From contig JAFQDF010000012.1 in NCBI GenBank assembly GCA_017416185.1, forward strand, positions 32,965 through 96,964: DNA of 64,000 bases, read 5' to 3'. This document shows, one piece after another, positions 46,846 to 56,106 of this stretch. The notes beneath the pieces are model-generated. The model was not told the DNA's origin. It saw only the letters and a program-made list of their open reading frames with translations, and searched no databases. The DNA is from Clostridia bacterium. GTDB taxonomy: Bacteria > Bacillota > Clostridia > Oscillospirales > CAG-272. Within the stretch, counting starts at the first letter, position 1, and each line of letters starts with the position of its first letter. Both the position numbers and the translations under genes were made by a program.

Positions 46846-46888
46846 TTTATCTGCTGACCTTCAATTCTATTCAGAAAGGGTGTTTATA

Positions 46889-48196
46889 ATGGCACAGAAT
46901 TATTATCAAAAAGAAATTGAGACTATGTCCCGCGAGGATATGAAAAAGCTCCAGTCAGAAAAGCTGGTAAAACAGGTTAAGCACGTTTATGAAAACGTAC
47001 CTTATTACAAAAATCTTATGGATGAAAAGGGTGTTACACCCGATGACATCAAATCTATAGACGATCTGCACAAGCTCCCCTTCCTTACAAAGGCGGATCT
47101 AAGAGATGCATATCCCTACGGACTTCTTGCAAAGCCTCTCAGCGACTGTGTTCGTATCCAGTCTACCTCGGGTACTACAGGCCGCCGTGTAGTTGCATTC
47201 TATACGCAGAAGGATATCGACCTCTGGGAGGATTGCTGTGCCAGAGCCATCGTCGCGGCAGGCGGAACGAACGAGGACGTTTGTCAGGTTGCATACGGTT
47301 ACGGTCTTTTCACGGGAGGTCCCGGTCTTAACGGCGGTTCTCACAGAGTAGGCTGTCTGACGTTGCCTATGTCCTCGGGTAATACCGAGAGACAGATCCA
47401 ATTTATGACCGATCTTAATGCAACCATACTCTGCTGTACTCCTTCATACGCCGCATACATAGGTGAAACTCTTAAAGAACAGGGTTACAAGCCCGAGGAT
47501 ATTCCTCTGAAAGCGGGTATATTCGGTGCAGAGCCTTGGACCGAGGAAATGAGACGCGGCATTGAAGAAACATTAGGCATTAAGGCTTACGATATATACG
47601 GTCTTACCGAGACTAGCGGCCCCGGCGTATCCTTTGAATGCAGCGAGCAGACAGGTATGCACGTAAACGAGGACCATTTCTATGCAGAGATAATCGACCC
47701 CGATACCGGTGAGGTACTTCCCGAAGGCTCTAAGGGTGAGCTGGTATTTACCTCTCTTGATAAAGAGGCGTTCCCACTTCTCAGATACCGCACCCGTGAT
47801 ATATGTGTTCTTTCCCGTAAGCAGTGCTCCTGCGGACGTACCCTTGTTAAGATGGCTAAACCTATGGGCAGAACGGACGATATGCTTATCATCCGCGGAG
47901 TAAACGTATTCCCCAGCCAGATCGAGACCGTGCTTCTTAAGGAAGGCTATGAGCCTAACTATCAGATAATAGTTGACCGTGTAAACAACAACGATACCTT
48001 TGAGGTTAAGGTTGAAATGACGCCCGAGCAGTTCACCGATAAGGTAAGCGAGATCCTCGGTATGGAAAAATCTCTTGCAGGTGCTCTTAAGGTTATGCTG
48101 GGTATCAACCCCGCAGTCAAGCTGGTTGCTCCCAAGACCATCGCCCGCAGCGAAGGCAAGGCTGTACGTGTAATAGACAAGAGAAAACTTATATAG
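46889..48196 (+). CDS. paaK: Phenylacetate-CoA ligase family adenylate-forming enzyme
   Basis: STSGTTGRRV AMP-binding motif and PaaK-like N-terminus (YYQKEIETMSREDMKKLQSEKL). Start at 46889. The ORF-track start at 46784 lies inside the T-box leader. Confidence 0.85.
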   Translation: MAQNYYQKEIETMSREDMKKLQSEKLVKQVKHVYENVPYYKNLMDEKGVTPDDIKSIDDLHKLPFLTKADLRDAYPYGLLAKPLSDCVRIQSTSGTTGRRVVAFYTQKDIDLWEDCCARAIVAAGGTNEDVCQVAYGYGLFTGGPGLNGGSHRVGCLTLPMSSGNTERQIQFMTDLNATILCCTPSYAAYIGETLKEQGYKPEDIPLKAGIFGAEPWTEEMRRGIEETLGIKAYDIYGLTETSGPGVSFECSEQTGMHVNEDHFYAEIIDPDTGEVLPEGSKGELVFTSLDKEAFPLLRYRTRDICVLSRKQCSCGRTLVKMAKPMGRTDDMLIIRGVNVFPSQIETVLLKEGYEPNYQIIVDRVNNNDTFEVKVEMTPEQFTDKVSEILGMEKSLAGALKVMLGINPAVKLVAPKTIARSEGKAVRVIDKRKLI

Positions 48197-48217
48197 GATT
48201 AAGAAGGGAGAAAAGAA

Positions 48218-48649
48218 ATGGCAATCAAGCAGTTAACAGTATTTGTTGAAAACAGACAGGGTACTATGGTATCCATAACCGACACACTTTCAAAGCATAA
48301 TGTAAACCTGAGAGCATTATCTATTGCTGAGACCGAGGATTTCGGAATTCTCCGTCTTATAGTAAACGACGAGGAGACCGCAGAAAAGGTGCTTCGTGAG
48401 GAAGGCTATCTTATCAAGATAACCGATATAGTAGGTGTCAAGATAGGTGATGCTCCCGGTAAGCTCTCGGCAGCTCTTAAAGTCCTTGACGATAACAAGA
48501 TCAATATCGAATACCTCTACGCTTTTATGGCAAGAACCGAAAAGCACGCTTACGTTGTTCTCCGTGTTGAGGACAACGCAGCAGCAGAGTCCGCGCTTAC
48601 ACGTGCAGGCTTCCATCTTGTTACCGAGGCTGACGTAGCAAAGCTTTAA
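48218..48649 (+). CDS. ACT-domain protein
   Basis: 143 aa with two ACT-like halves (QLTVFVENRQGTMVSITDTLSKHNVNLRALS and IGDAPGKLSAALKVLDDNKINIEY). This is the typical partner gene of anaerobe paaK-like ligases. Confidence 0.75.
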   Translation: MAIKQLTVFVENRQGTMVSITDTLSKHNVNLRALSIAETEDFGILRLIVNDEETAEKVLREEGYLIKITDIVGVKIGDAPGKLSAALKVLDDNKINIEYLYAFMARTEKHAYVVLRVEDNAAAESALTRAGFHLVTEADVAKL

Positions 48650-48662
48650 AAGGAATAAAATT

Positions 48663-49691
48663 ATGCCGATGAATTTTCACCGCAAGCTCCCTATCCCTAA
48701 GGAGGTCAAGGAGGAGTTTGCACTTACAAAAGAAATGATAGACCAAAAGGCAAGGCGGGACGAGGAGATAAAAGCCGTTTTTGACGGAAGCTCTGATAAG
48801 TTTATACTTATCATAGGACCCTGCTCTGCCGACCACAGCGAGCCTGTGCTTGAATATATCTCAAGGCTGAAGCGTATAGAGGAACAGGTCAAGGATAAAA
48901 TAGTCATTATACCCCGTATATATACCAACAAGCCCAGAACCACAGGCAAAGGCTATAAGGGAATGCTCCATCAGCCCGACCCCGAGGCAAAGCCGGATAT
49001 GTACAAGGGGCTGGTTGCTATTCGTGAGCTTCATTTAGCGGCACTCCGCGACTACGGTTTTTCCTGTGCGGATGAAATGCTCTACCCCGAGAACTACCGA
49101 TATCTTTCGGATCTGCTTTCCTACGTGGCGATAGGAGCGCGTTCTGTTGAAAACCAGCAGCACCGACTTACCGCAAGCGGTATCGAAGCTCCCGTAGGTA
49201 TGAAGAATCCCACAGGCGGAGATATGACGGTTATGATGAACTCTATCGTTGCATCTCAGTCAAGCCACACATTCTTATACAGAGGTTGGGAGGTATCCAC
49301 CGACGGAAACCCCTACGCACATGCGATTTTAAGGGGATACGTGGACTTTTCCGGCAGAAGTGTGTCCAACTACCACTATGAGGACCTTCTGCACGTAGAG
49401 GAGCTGTATGAGGGTTCGGGGCTGGTTAATCCATCGGTTATAGTGGATACCAACCATAACAACTCCGGCAAGCAGTATCTTGAACAGATAAGAATAGCCA
49501 AGGACATCGTTCACAGCCGCAATCAGAATGACACTATCAAGCGATTGGTAAAAGGTCTGATGATCGAAAGCTACATCGAGGACGGTGCCTGTAAGGCAGA
49601 CGAGCATATCTTCGGTAAGTCTATCACCGACCCCTGTTTGGGTTGGGAAAAGACAGAGAGGCTTATACTGGATATAGCCGATAAATTGTAA
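48663..49691 (+). CDS. 3-deoxy-7-phosphoheptulonate (DAHP) synthase, class I-alpha type
   Basis: LIIGPCS and KPRTT motifs. 342 aa. Confidence 0.88.
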   Translation: MPMNFHRKLPIPKEVKEEFALTKEMIDQKARRDEEIKAVFDGSSDKFILIIGPCSADHSEPVLEYISRLKRIEEQVKDKIVIIPRIYTNKPRTTGKGYKGMLHQPDPEAKPDMYKGLVAIRELHLAALRDYGFSCADEMLYPENYRYLSDLLSYVAIGARSVENQQHRLTASGIEAPVGMKNPTGGDMTVMMNSIVASQSSHTFLYRGWEVSTDGNPYAHAILRGYVDFSGRSVSNYHYEDLLHVEELYEGSGLVNPSVIVDTNHNNSGKQYLEQIRIAKDIVHSRNQNDTIKRLVKGLMIESYIEDGACKADEHIFGKSITDPCLGWEKTERLILDIADKL

Positions 49692-49703
49692 TATGTGTAA
49701 ATA

Positions 49704-49746
49704 AAATCACCCAAGTGACAATGTTGCACTTGGGTGATTTTGTTTG
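49704..49746. terminator. Bidirectional terminator between the DAHP synthase and nhaC-like genes
   Basis: AAATCACCCAAGTG-acaatgttg-CACTTGGGTGATTT plus TGTTTG. Confidence 0.75.
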
Positions 49747-49755
49747 TACAATTGT

Positions 49756-51369
49756 TTACGCCTTCTTCTTTGATACAGCCTTGATAACAAAGAGTGTTGC
49801 TATCATAAGTACAGCTGCTATCGGAAGTGCAATATACCATACGGGAACGAAGCCTGCGATGATATATGCCACGAAGGATACCGCCGCTACGGTGATAGCA
49901 TAGGGCATCTGGGTAGATACGTGGTTGATATGGTCGCACTGTGCGCCTGCAGAGGACATAATGGTGGTATCGGATATAGGTGAGCAATGGTCACCGCAAA
50001 CCGCACCTGCAAGGCAAGCGGACATACAGATGATACCGAGAGGATTTTCCATCGGGAATATAGCAAGCACGATGGGAATAAGAATACCGAAGGTACCCCA
50101 GGACGTACCTGTAGCAAATGCGATAAGACAAGCTACGATAAAGATGATAGCAGGCAGGAAGTTCTGAAGTGCGCTTGCAGAAGCCAATGCTCCGCTGACA
50201 AAGGTGTCAGAATCAAGCAGACCTGTCATATTCTTAAGAGAGGTTGCCATAGTAAGGATAAGGATCGCAGGAACCATAGCGATAAAGCCCTTGGGGATAC
50301 ATTCCATAGCTTCCTTGAAGGTTACAAGGCGGCGGGCTACGAAATAGATGATAATAAGTATAAGTGCTATAAAGCCGCCCCAAGGTAAGCCAACGGTCGC
50401 ATCTGTGTTGGAGAACGCATCAACAAAGCCGAGGCTGGGATCATAATCGTCGGGATTGAATACCCACTCTGCACCCATACATCTACCAACGTAGAAGAGG
50501 GAGAACACGCAGATCGCGATAAGAAGAATGATGGGGATAACGAGGTCTGCTACCTTACCCTTGGAGGTTGCAGGCTCTTCATCATCAGCCTTAACGGTAC
50601 CTGAAGTGAAGAGGTCACCCTTGAGAGCGTTATCCTCGTGGAGCTTCATAGGACCGTAATCAAACTTCATAAGTGTAATACCGATGATAAATACGAATGT
50701 AAGTAATGAATAGAAGTTATAGGGGATAGCTCTGCAGAAAAGACCTATACCCTGTCCGTCGGGAGCATAGCCAGCTACTGCTGCCGCCCAGGAGGAGATA
50801 GGAGCTATCATACAGATAGGAGCAGCGGTCGCATCGATAAGGTATGCAAGCTTAGAACGGGAGATATTTGCCTTATCGGTTACGGGACGCATAACCGCAC
50901 CAACGGTCAGACAGTTGAAGTAGTCGTCGATGAAGATAAGCACACCGAAGAAGAAGGTTGCAAGAGAAGCACCTATCTTGGTCTTAACGTGCTTGGATGC
51001 CCAACGACCGAATGCCTGTGAGCCGCCTGCCTTGTTGAGCAGAGCAACGACGATACCGAGAAGCACAAGGAATATAAAGATACCTGCGCTGCCGGAAACC
51101 GCAGAGATAAAGCCGTCACTTGTAATAGATCCAACAGTCTTGATGGGATTGAAGCCTGTTGAAAGAAGACCGCCTACTACGATACCTATAAACAGGGAGG
51201 AATAAACCTCTTTAGTAATAAGCGCAAGACCGATAGCTATTACCGGTGGGAAGAGAGACCACAGTGTACCTACGGGGCTGGTTATGCTGCCTGTGAAAGC
51301 ACAGACTACACCAAAAGCCACGACAATGGCAACTATGAGAATCTTGGGAATGATTTTCTTTGCCGTCAT
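49756..51369 (-). CDS. nhaC: NhaC-family Na+/H+ antiporter-like transporter (candidate lysine-related transporter)
   Basis: About 537 aa and polytopic. Start at MTAKKIIPK (51369) behind GGAGG. Preceded by a lysine riboswitch. Confidence 0.8.
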   Translation of the reverse strand: MTAKKIIPKILIVAIVVAFGVVCAFTGSITSPVGTLWSLFPPVIAIGLALITKEVYSSLFIGIVVGGLLSTGFNPIKTVGSITSDGFISAVSGSAGIFIFLVLLGIVVALLNKAGGSQAFGRWASKHVKTKIGASLATFFFGVLIFIDDYFNCLTVGAVMRPVTDKANISRSKLAYLIDATAAPICMIAPISSWAAAVAGYAPDGQGIGLFCRAIPYNFYSLLTFVFIIGITLMKFDYGPMKLHEDNALKGDLFTSGTVKADDEEPATSKGKVADLVIPIILLIAICVFSLFYVGRCMGAEWVFNPDDYDPSLGFVDAFSNTDATVGLPWGGFIALILIIIYFVARRLVTFKEAMECIPKGFIAMVPAILILTMATSLKNMTGLLDSDTFVSGALASASALQNFLPAIIFIVACLIAFATGTSWGTFGILIPIVLAIFPMENPLGIICMSACLAGAVCGDHCSPISDTTIMSSAGAQCDHINHVSTQMPYAITVAAVSFVAYIIAGFVPVWYIALPIAAVLMIATLFVIKAVSKKKA

Positions 51370-51383
51370 ATTGACCTCCATAA

Positions 51384-51406
51384 TAAAAGCACTCCTATAG
51401 GAGTGC
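51384..51406 (-). terminator. Expression-platform terminator of the lysine riboswitch
   Basis: On the minus strand, GCACTCC-tata-GGAGTGC plus TTTT. GCACUCC can pair alternatively with the aptamer P1 3' strand GGAGCGC. Confidence 0.7.
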
Positions 51407-51424
51407 AAAATTTACCCAATAAAA

Positions 51425-51612
51425 GATAGCGCTCCACAAATGTGACAGTATACGGCGTATTATCACCGCATCCCAGGGGTGCCCAGGGCACCGACGACAA
51501 TCGCAGCTTGTTAAGCTCACGCTGTTTACATTCTGCCCGAATTGAAGCGATCCTGTTACATCCCTTCGGCCGCTGCCCCTTTTAATTGACACGCGGCACC
51601 TCTATCGTTGTA
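51425..51612 (-). promoter_or_regulatory. Lysine riboswitch (L-box) aptamer
   Basis: The minus strand reads GAUAGAGGUGCC...GGGGCAGCGGCCGAAGGG...ACUGUCAC...GUGGAGCGCUAUC. This matches the conserved L-box cores seen in B. subtilis lysC and T. maritima. Confidence 0.85.
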
Positions 51613-51613
51613 T

Positions 51614-51642
51614 AGAATAACATATATGAAACAATTTGTCAA
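51614..51642 (-). promoter_or_regulatory. Promoter of the riboswitch-nhaC unit
   Basis: On the minus strand, TTGACA, 17-nt spacer ending in TGt, then TATTCT. Confidence 0.5.
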
Positions 51643-51657
51643 TAATTGTTTCATAAT

Positions 51658-51684
51658 TAAAGGGACTTTTTCAAGTCCCTTTAA
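51658..51684 (-). terminator. Terminator of the 12-gene mdh...frd operon
   Basis: AAAGGGACTT-gaaa-AAGTCCCTTT followed on the minus strand by AATTATG. It lies directly after the transporter stop codon. Confidence 0.6.
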
Positions 51685-51685
51685 G

Positions 51686-52951
51686 TTAAAACAGTATTAT
51701 TAAGAACTGGGAGACCAGAACCACCGCGATAAGTGCGATAGGATAGGTTGCCGCATAAGCTGCCGCTACGTCCTCCGTGCCTGCAGTACCTATAAGAGTA
51801 CCCAGTGCAGGAGTAGAAGTCATACCGCCGGTAAGTGCGCCTAAGTTGTTGAGAAGACTCAGCTTGAGAACGTACTTAGCAAAGATAAAGCCGATTATCA
51901 AAGGAACGATAGTCATTATAGCTCCGTATACAAAGTACATAGGATCAAAGTTGGCAACGAACTCTGCACCGCCGGGGATACCGGCACCTACAAGGAAGAG
52001 TACCAAGCCTATTTCACGAAGCATCTTAAGTGTAGATTCCTCAGGCATAAGGCTGATTTTGCCGATTCTGCCGAAGTGACCGAATACGAGAGCTGCCAAC
52101 AGACAACCGCCTGTGCTTGTAAGAGAGAAGCATGTTCCGCTGAGACCCGCTGAGGTCATAGGAATCTTAACAGCACCTACCATAACACCAACAAGTGCTG
52201 CTATGGAAAAAGCCGCAAATCCGTAACCGTCGAGTTTAAAGGTACCCTTCTTCTTTTCTTTAACAACGCCACCGCTGACAGCAACGAGCTTCTGTCTTTC
52301 AACTTCCATATCAGCCTTCATAATCTTAGGCATAATCTGTACGAACAGAACAACACCGAGAACGCCGAATATATAAGCTATACCCTGACCTACCGATACG
52401 AGACTTACATATTCTTTTGCAACCGCTTCCTTTGCCGCCGAAAATGCAGGGGTAGATGTAAGTGCACCGGAGAGAAGTCCCGAGATCATAGCCGTGAAGC
52501 CCTCGGAAGTCTCAATGCTGCCACCGTATCCGAAAACGTGTCTACCGAGGAATATACATCCTACAGCCGCTAAACCGCCTGCAAGGATGATTATAAGACC
52601 GAGCAGTGCGTATGATTTGAAGTTTTTCTTCATATTACTGAAGAATTTTGGACCTGCGATGAAACCAACCGATGTAACGAAGAATATTAGTCCCAGCTTC
52701 TCAACAATGCTGAGTGCCTGATCGATGTACATAAGATTTTCTGCTTTACCTTCTACGATAAGTTGACTGGACAGCGGCTCAAAAAACAGAGCACCAAACA
52801 GAAGTGCTATAAAGAACACGCCCGCATCACCGAGAGATATGCCCTTAACGGTTATACGTCCGATAGCATAACCTGCAAACAGTACACCGAAGATACAGAA
52901 TATAAGAAATGTAGTACCTGTAACAGGCAGTACACCGCCAAATAAACTCAT
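51686..52951 (-). CDS. AAE (aspartate:alanine exchanger / YidE-YbjL / SucE-like) family transporter
   Basis: 421 aa and polytopic. The N-terminal pattern FGVLFAGYAIGRITVKGISLGDAGVFFIALLFG is typical of the duplicated Asp-Al_Ex domain. No TrkA-C insert. Confidence 0.6.
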   Translation of the reverse strand: MSLFGGVLPVTGTTFLIFCIFGVLFAGYAIGRITVKGISLGDAGVFFIALLFGALFFEPLSSQLIVEGKAENLMYIDQALSIVEKLGLIFFVTSVGFIAGPKFFSNMKKNFKSYALLGLIIILAGGLAAVGCIFLGRHVFGYGGSIETSEGFTAMISGLLSGALTSTPAFSAAKEAVAKEYVSLVSVGQGIAYIFGVLGVVLFVQIMPKIMKADMEVERQKLVAVSGGVVKEKKKGTFKLDGYGFAAFSIAALVGVMVGAVKIPMTSAGLSGTCFSLTSTGGCLLAALVFGHFGRIGKISLMPEESTLKMLREIGLVLFLVGAGIPGGAEFVANFDPMYFVYGAIMTIVPLIIGFIFAKYVLKLSLLNNLGALTGGMTSTPALGTLIGTAGTEDVAAAYAATYPIALIAVVLVSQFLIILF

Positions 52952-52968
52952 TTTTCTATAAATCTCCT

Positions 52969-54573
52969 TTATGCGTTGACTTTTCTTGTATAGTCGGGAA
53001 GAAGCTTGGGAGATACGGTGTCGGTTGTGATACCTGCATCCTTAAGTTCATTCTCAAATTTTGCAATATGATCAAGGGTAAGTGTACCTACCTCGGTATT
53101 CTTTGCAGCAGAGGCTGCGTTTATACCTGCGTTTCTGCCGAATACGATGATGTCGAGAAGTGAGTTACCCATAAGTCTGTTCTTACCGTGGATACCGCCG
53201 ACAGCCTCACCTGCAACAAAGAGGTTTGTAATATTGGTGGTCATACCGTTAACGTTTATATCAAGACCGCCGTTCTGGTAGTGGAGTGTGGGATAAACAA
53301 GGATAGGCTCTTTTCTTATATCTATACCGTACTTGCCGAACATACGCATCATAGCGGGAATACGTTTTTCTATTGTTCCCTCACCGCCGATCTTCTCGAT
53401 CATAGGAGTATCAAGCCATACGCCGAGGCCGTTGCCTGTTTCAACACCGTTTCCTCGCTCGGAGCATTCACGGATAATAGAAGCCGCGGTTACGTCACGG
53501 GTCTCAAGGGGATGCATAAACACTTCGCCGTTTACGTTAACGAGCTTTGCACCGAGGGAACGAACCTTCTCGGTAACAAGCGCGCCGAAGATCTGCTCGG
53601 GGAATGCAGTACCTGTAGGATGGTACTGAAGGGTCTCTGCATAGAGAAGCTTTGCGCCTGCTCTGTAGCCAAGCACAAGGCCGTCTGCAGTCGCACCGTA
53701 GTGGTTTGAGGTGGGGAAGCCCTGATAGTGCATACGGCCTGCGCCGCCTGTTGCGATAACAACGGTCTTTGCCTTTGCAACGTAGAGCTCCTTTGTTTCC
53801 ATATTCATAAGAACTGCACCGGCTGCATTACCCTTGTCGTCAAGGATAAGCTCGATTGCTGCGGTAAAGTCTACTACGGGGATCTGTCTGTTAAGAACCT
53901 CGTCGCGGAGGGTTCTCATAATTTCGGCACCGGAATAGTCCTTTGCCGCGTGCATACGCTTACGGGAGGTACCGCCGCCGTGGGTGGTAACCATAGTACC
54001 GTCCTCGGTTTTATCAAATTCAACACCAAGCTCGGAGAGCCACTGTATAGCCTCGGGAGCATCACAAACAAGCTTTGCAAGAAGCTCGCGCTTAGCGGCA
54101 AAGTGACCGCCGCCGAAGGCATCTACAAAGTGGATAGCGGGGGAATCGTTAGGCTTATCAGCCGCCTGAATACCGCCCTCTGCCATCATTGTGTTGGCAT
54201 CACCCATACGGAGCTTGGTAACTATCATTACCTTTGCTCCTGCCTCGTGGGCTTCGATCGCCGCAGAGGTTCCTGCACCGCCGCCGCCGATAACTAAAAC
54301 GTCAACGTCATAGTCGGGGGCATTAAGGTCAACAGAATCCGCAGTTATACGGCTGTGAGCCTGAAGGATCTCACCAAGCTCGGTAGGAACCTTGTCACCC
54401 TTGTTGGGACCAACGGTAAGGGTAACGAATTCATCAGCCTTGTAGTCGGGATGGAAGGTTGCAAGGAGGGTCTCCTTCTGCTCTGCTGTCATACGGACAG
54501 GCTCAAGAGCAATATTCTTTTCTCTTGCTTCTTCTACTAAAGCCAGAGATTTCTGAAAGCTTTCTGCGTACAT
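52969..54573 (-). CDS. Fumarate reductase / succinate dehydrogenase-type flavoprotein subunit (soluble)
   Basis: VLVIGGGGAGTSAAIEA FAD fold, QYHPTG, HYQNGG and GKNRLMGNSLLD motifs. It has a ~95-aa N-terminal extension. The catalytic-Arg region reads TEKVRSLGA instead of the canonical RGEGG. Confidence 0.7.
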   Translation of the reverse strand: MYAESFQKSLALVEEAREKNIALEPVRMTAEQKETLLATFHPDYKADEFVTLTVGPNKGDKVPTELGEILQAHSRITADSVDLNAPDYDVDVLVIGGGGAGTSAAIEAHEAGAKVMIVTKLRMGDANTMMAEGGIQAADKPNDSPAIHFVDAFGGGHFAAKRELLAKLVCDAPEAIQWLSELGVEFDKTEDGTMVTTHGGGTSRKRMHAAKDYSGAEIMRTLRDEVLNRQIPVVDFTAAIELILDDKGNAAGAVLMNMETKELYVAKAKTVVIATGGAGRMHYQGFPTSNHYGATADGLVLGYRAGAKLLYAETLQYHPTGTAFPEQIFGALVTEKVRSLGAKLVNVNGEVFMHPLETRDVTAASIIRECSERGNGVETGNGLGVWLDTPMIEKIGGEGTIEKRIPAMMRMFGKYGIDIRKEPILVYPTLHYQNGGLDINVNGMTTNITNLFVAGEAVGGIHGKNRLMGNSLLDIIVFGRNAGINAASAAKNTEVGTLTLDHIAKFENELKDAGITTDTVSPKLLPDYTRKVNA

Positions 54574-54586
54574 TATCCTTACCTCC

Positions 54587-55261
54587 TTACTTTTCTATCT
54601 CACGGGTGTTATAGAGTTCCTTGAGTTCTTCAACGGGCTTCTGCATAAGAGCCTCAATAAGATCGTTAAACTCGCCGTCTTTGATCTCTTTTACTCTGTC
54701 CTCGAGGTGGCCACAGCCGGGAGCAAGATACTTACCGTTGATACGGCGGGCAAGCATTGCAACCTGGGGATGAGAGATACCTGCGGGACAGCGGGAGGAG
54801 CAAACACCGCACATTACGCAGTCAAAGCTTTCCTCGGCACAAGCCTCAAAGTCGCCGCGCTGAGCGTATGCGATATACTGCATTACGTTAAGCTCCTGTG
54901 TACAAGCCTTGGTGCAGGCGTTACAGCCTACGCAAGCGTAGATCTCGGGGTAGAGCTGCATCATAACCGCCTCGGTGGGCTTGATCTTATTCATATCGTA
55001 AACTTCCTTAACAAGGGGGAAGAAAGGCAGAGTTGCGATATACATATCGTTTTCAACCTTGGTCTGGCAAGCAAGACAAGCTTTAAGCTCACGGTCTCCC
55101 TTGATACGGTAGATGGTAGCACAGGCACCGCAGAAGCCGTTACGGCAACCGCATCCGCGTACCAGCTGATAGCCCGCATATTCCATTGCGGTCATTATCG
55201 TCAGATTCTCCGGAACGCTGTACTTCTTTCCGAAGAGAAATATATTTACCATATTTTCCAT
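54587..55261 (-). CDS. SdhB/FrdB-like iron-sulfur subunit
   Basis: 2Fe-2S region CGCRNGFCGAC...C, CVGCNACTKAC and CVMCGVCSSRCP cluster motifs. 224 aa. Confidence 0.75.
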   Translation of the reverse strand: MENMVNIFLFGKKYSVPENLTIMTAMEYAGYQLVRGCGCRNGFCGACATIYRIKGDRELKACLACQTKVENDMYIATLPFFPLVKEVYDMNKIKPTEAVMMQLYPEIYACVGCNACTKACTQELNVMQYIAYAQRGDFEACAEESFDCVMCGVCSSRCPAGISHPQVAMLARRINGKYLAPGCGHLEDRVKEIKDGEFNDLIEALMQKPVEELKELYNTREIEK

Positions 55262-55272
55262 ATTATCACTCC

Positions 55273-56106
55273 TTAATATTCATCCGGCAGCTCGTCAAGC
55301 TCGTCGCAACGGAATACCGGACCGTCCTTGCAGACGTACTTTGAACCAACGTTACATCTTCCGCACTTACCTACACCGCACTTCATACGAAGCTCAAGAG
55401 TGGTATAGATCTGGGTCTTGTCAAAGCCCATAGAGCAGAGTCCCTCAAGGGTAAACTTGATCATTATGGGAGGACCGCAGAGAACTGCTGTCTTGTTGGT
55501 ATCAAAATTAAGCTCCTTAACGTAGTTGGGAACAAAGCCTACGTGACCGTTCCAGCCCTCCTGGGGATTATCTATGGTCAGGTGGACCTTAACGCCTGCG
55601 TCATTAGACCATTCCTCGATTATCTCCTTGTAGTCAAGGAGATCGTCCTTACTTCTTGAACCGTAAACGATATCGATATCGCCGTAACGGTCACGGTAAT
55701 GACGGCAGTAGTTGATTACAGAACGAAGAGGTGCAAGACCTACACCGCCTGCGATAAAGAGCATATTCTTGCCTGCAAACACATCGTCCACAGGGAAAGG
55801 ATTGCCGTAGGGACCGCGGATGGTGAGCTGCTGGCCTACCTCTGCCTGATGGAGCCACTCGGTAACACAGCCACACTTCTTAATGGAGAACTCCATATAC
55901 TCGGTGTTTGTAGGAGATGAGGTTATGGAGAACATAGCCTCGCCCACACCCGGGATAGAGAGCATTGCACACTGTCCGGGGCGATGGTCAAACGCCTTCT
56001 TGCCGTCAGGAGTGACAACACGGAAGGTCTTGATATCGGGGGTGTCTATACGAACATCGGTAATGACGCCCACCTTGGGTATAAGGGTATCTTCACGCAT
56101 ATTCAT
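55273..56106 (-). CDS. flxA: FAD/NAD(P)H-binding FNR-like oxidoreductase with C-terminal 2Fe-2S (FlxA / AsrB / sulfhydrogenase-gamma type)
   Basis: FNR fold (GGVGLAPLRS) and C-terminal CGVGKCGRCNVG...C. The start overlaps the upstream stop (TAATG). Confidence 0.75.
   Translation of the reverse strand: MNMREDTLIPKVGVITDVRIDTPDIKTFRVVTPDGKKAFDHRPGQCAMLSIPGVGEAMFSITSSPTNTEYMEFSIKKCGCVTEWLHQAEVGQQLTIRGPYGNPFPVDDVFAGKNMLFIAGGVGLAPLRSVINYCRHYRDRYGDIDIVYGSRSKDDLLDYKEIIEEWSNDAGVKVHLTIDNPQEGWNGHVGFVPNYVKELNFDTNKTAVLCGPPIMIKFTLEGLCSMGFDKTQIYTTLELRMKCGVGKCGRCNVGSKYVCKDGPVFRCDELDELPDEY

Noticed and set aside
46784-46888. N-terminal extension of the paaK ORF in the ORF track, with similar extensions at 23075, 28256, 12567, 61754, 58634, 57188, 51408, 4784 and 42306
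   Set aside because: The extensions run through riboswitch or T-box leaders, the repeat elements or upstream genes. Internal ATGs with good Shine-Dalgarno sequences give N-termini that match the expected family starts.
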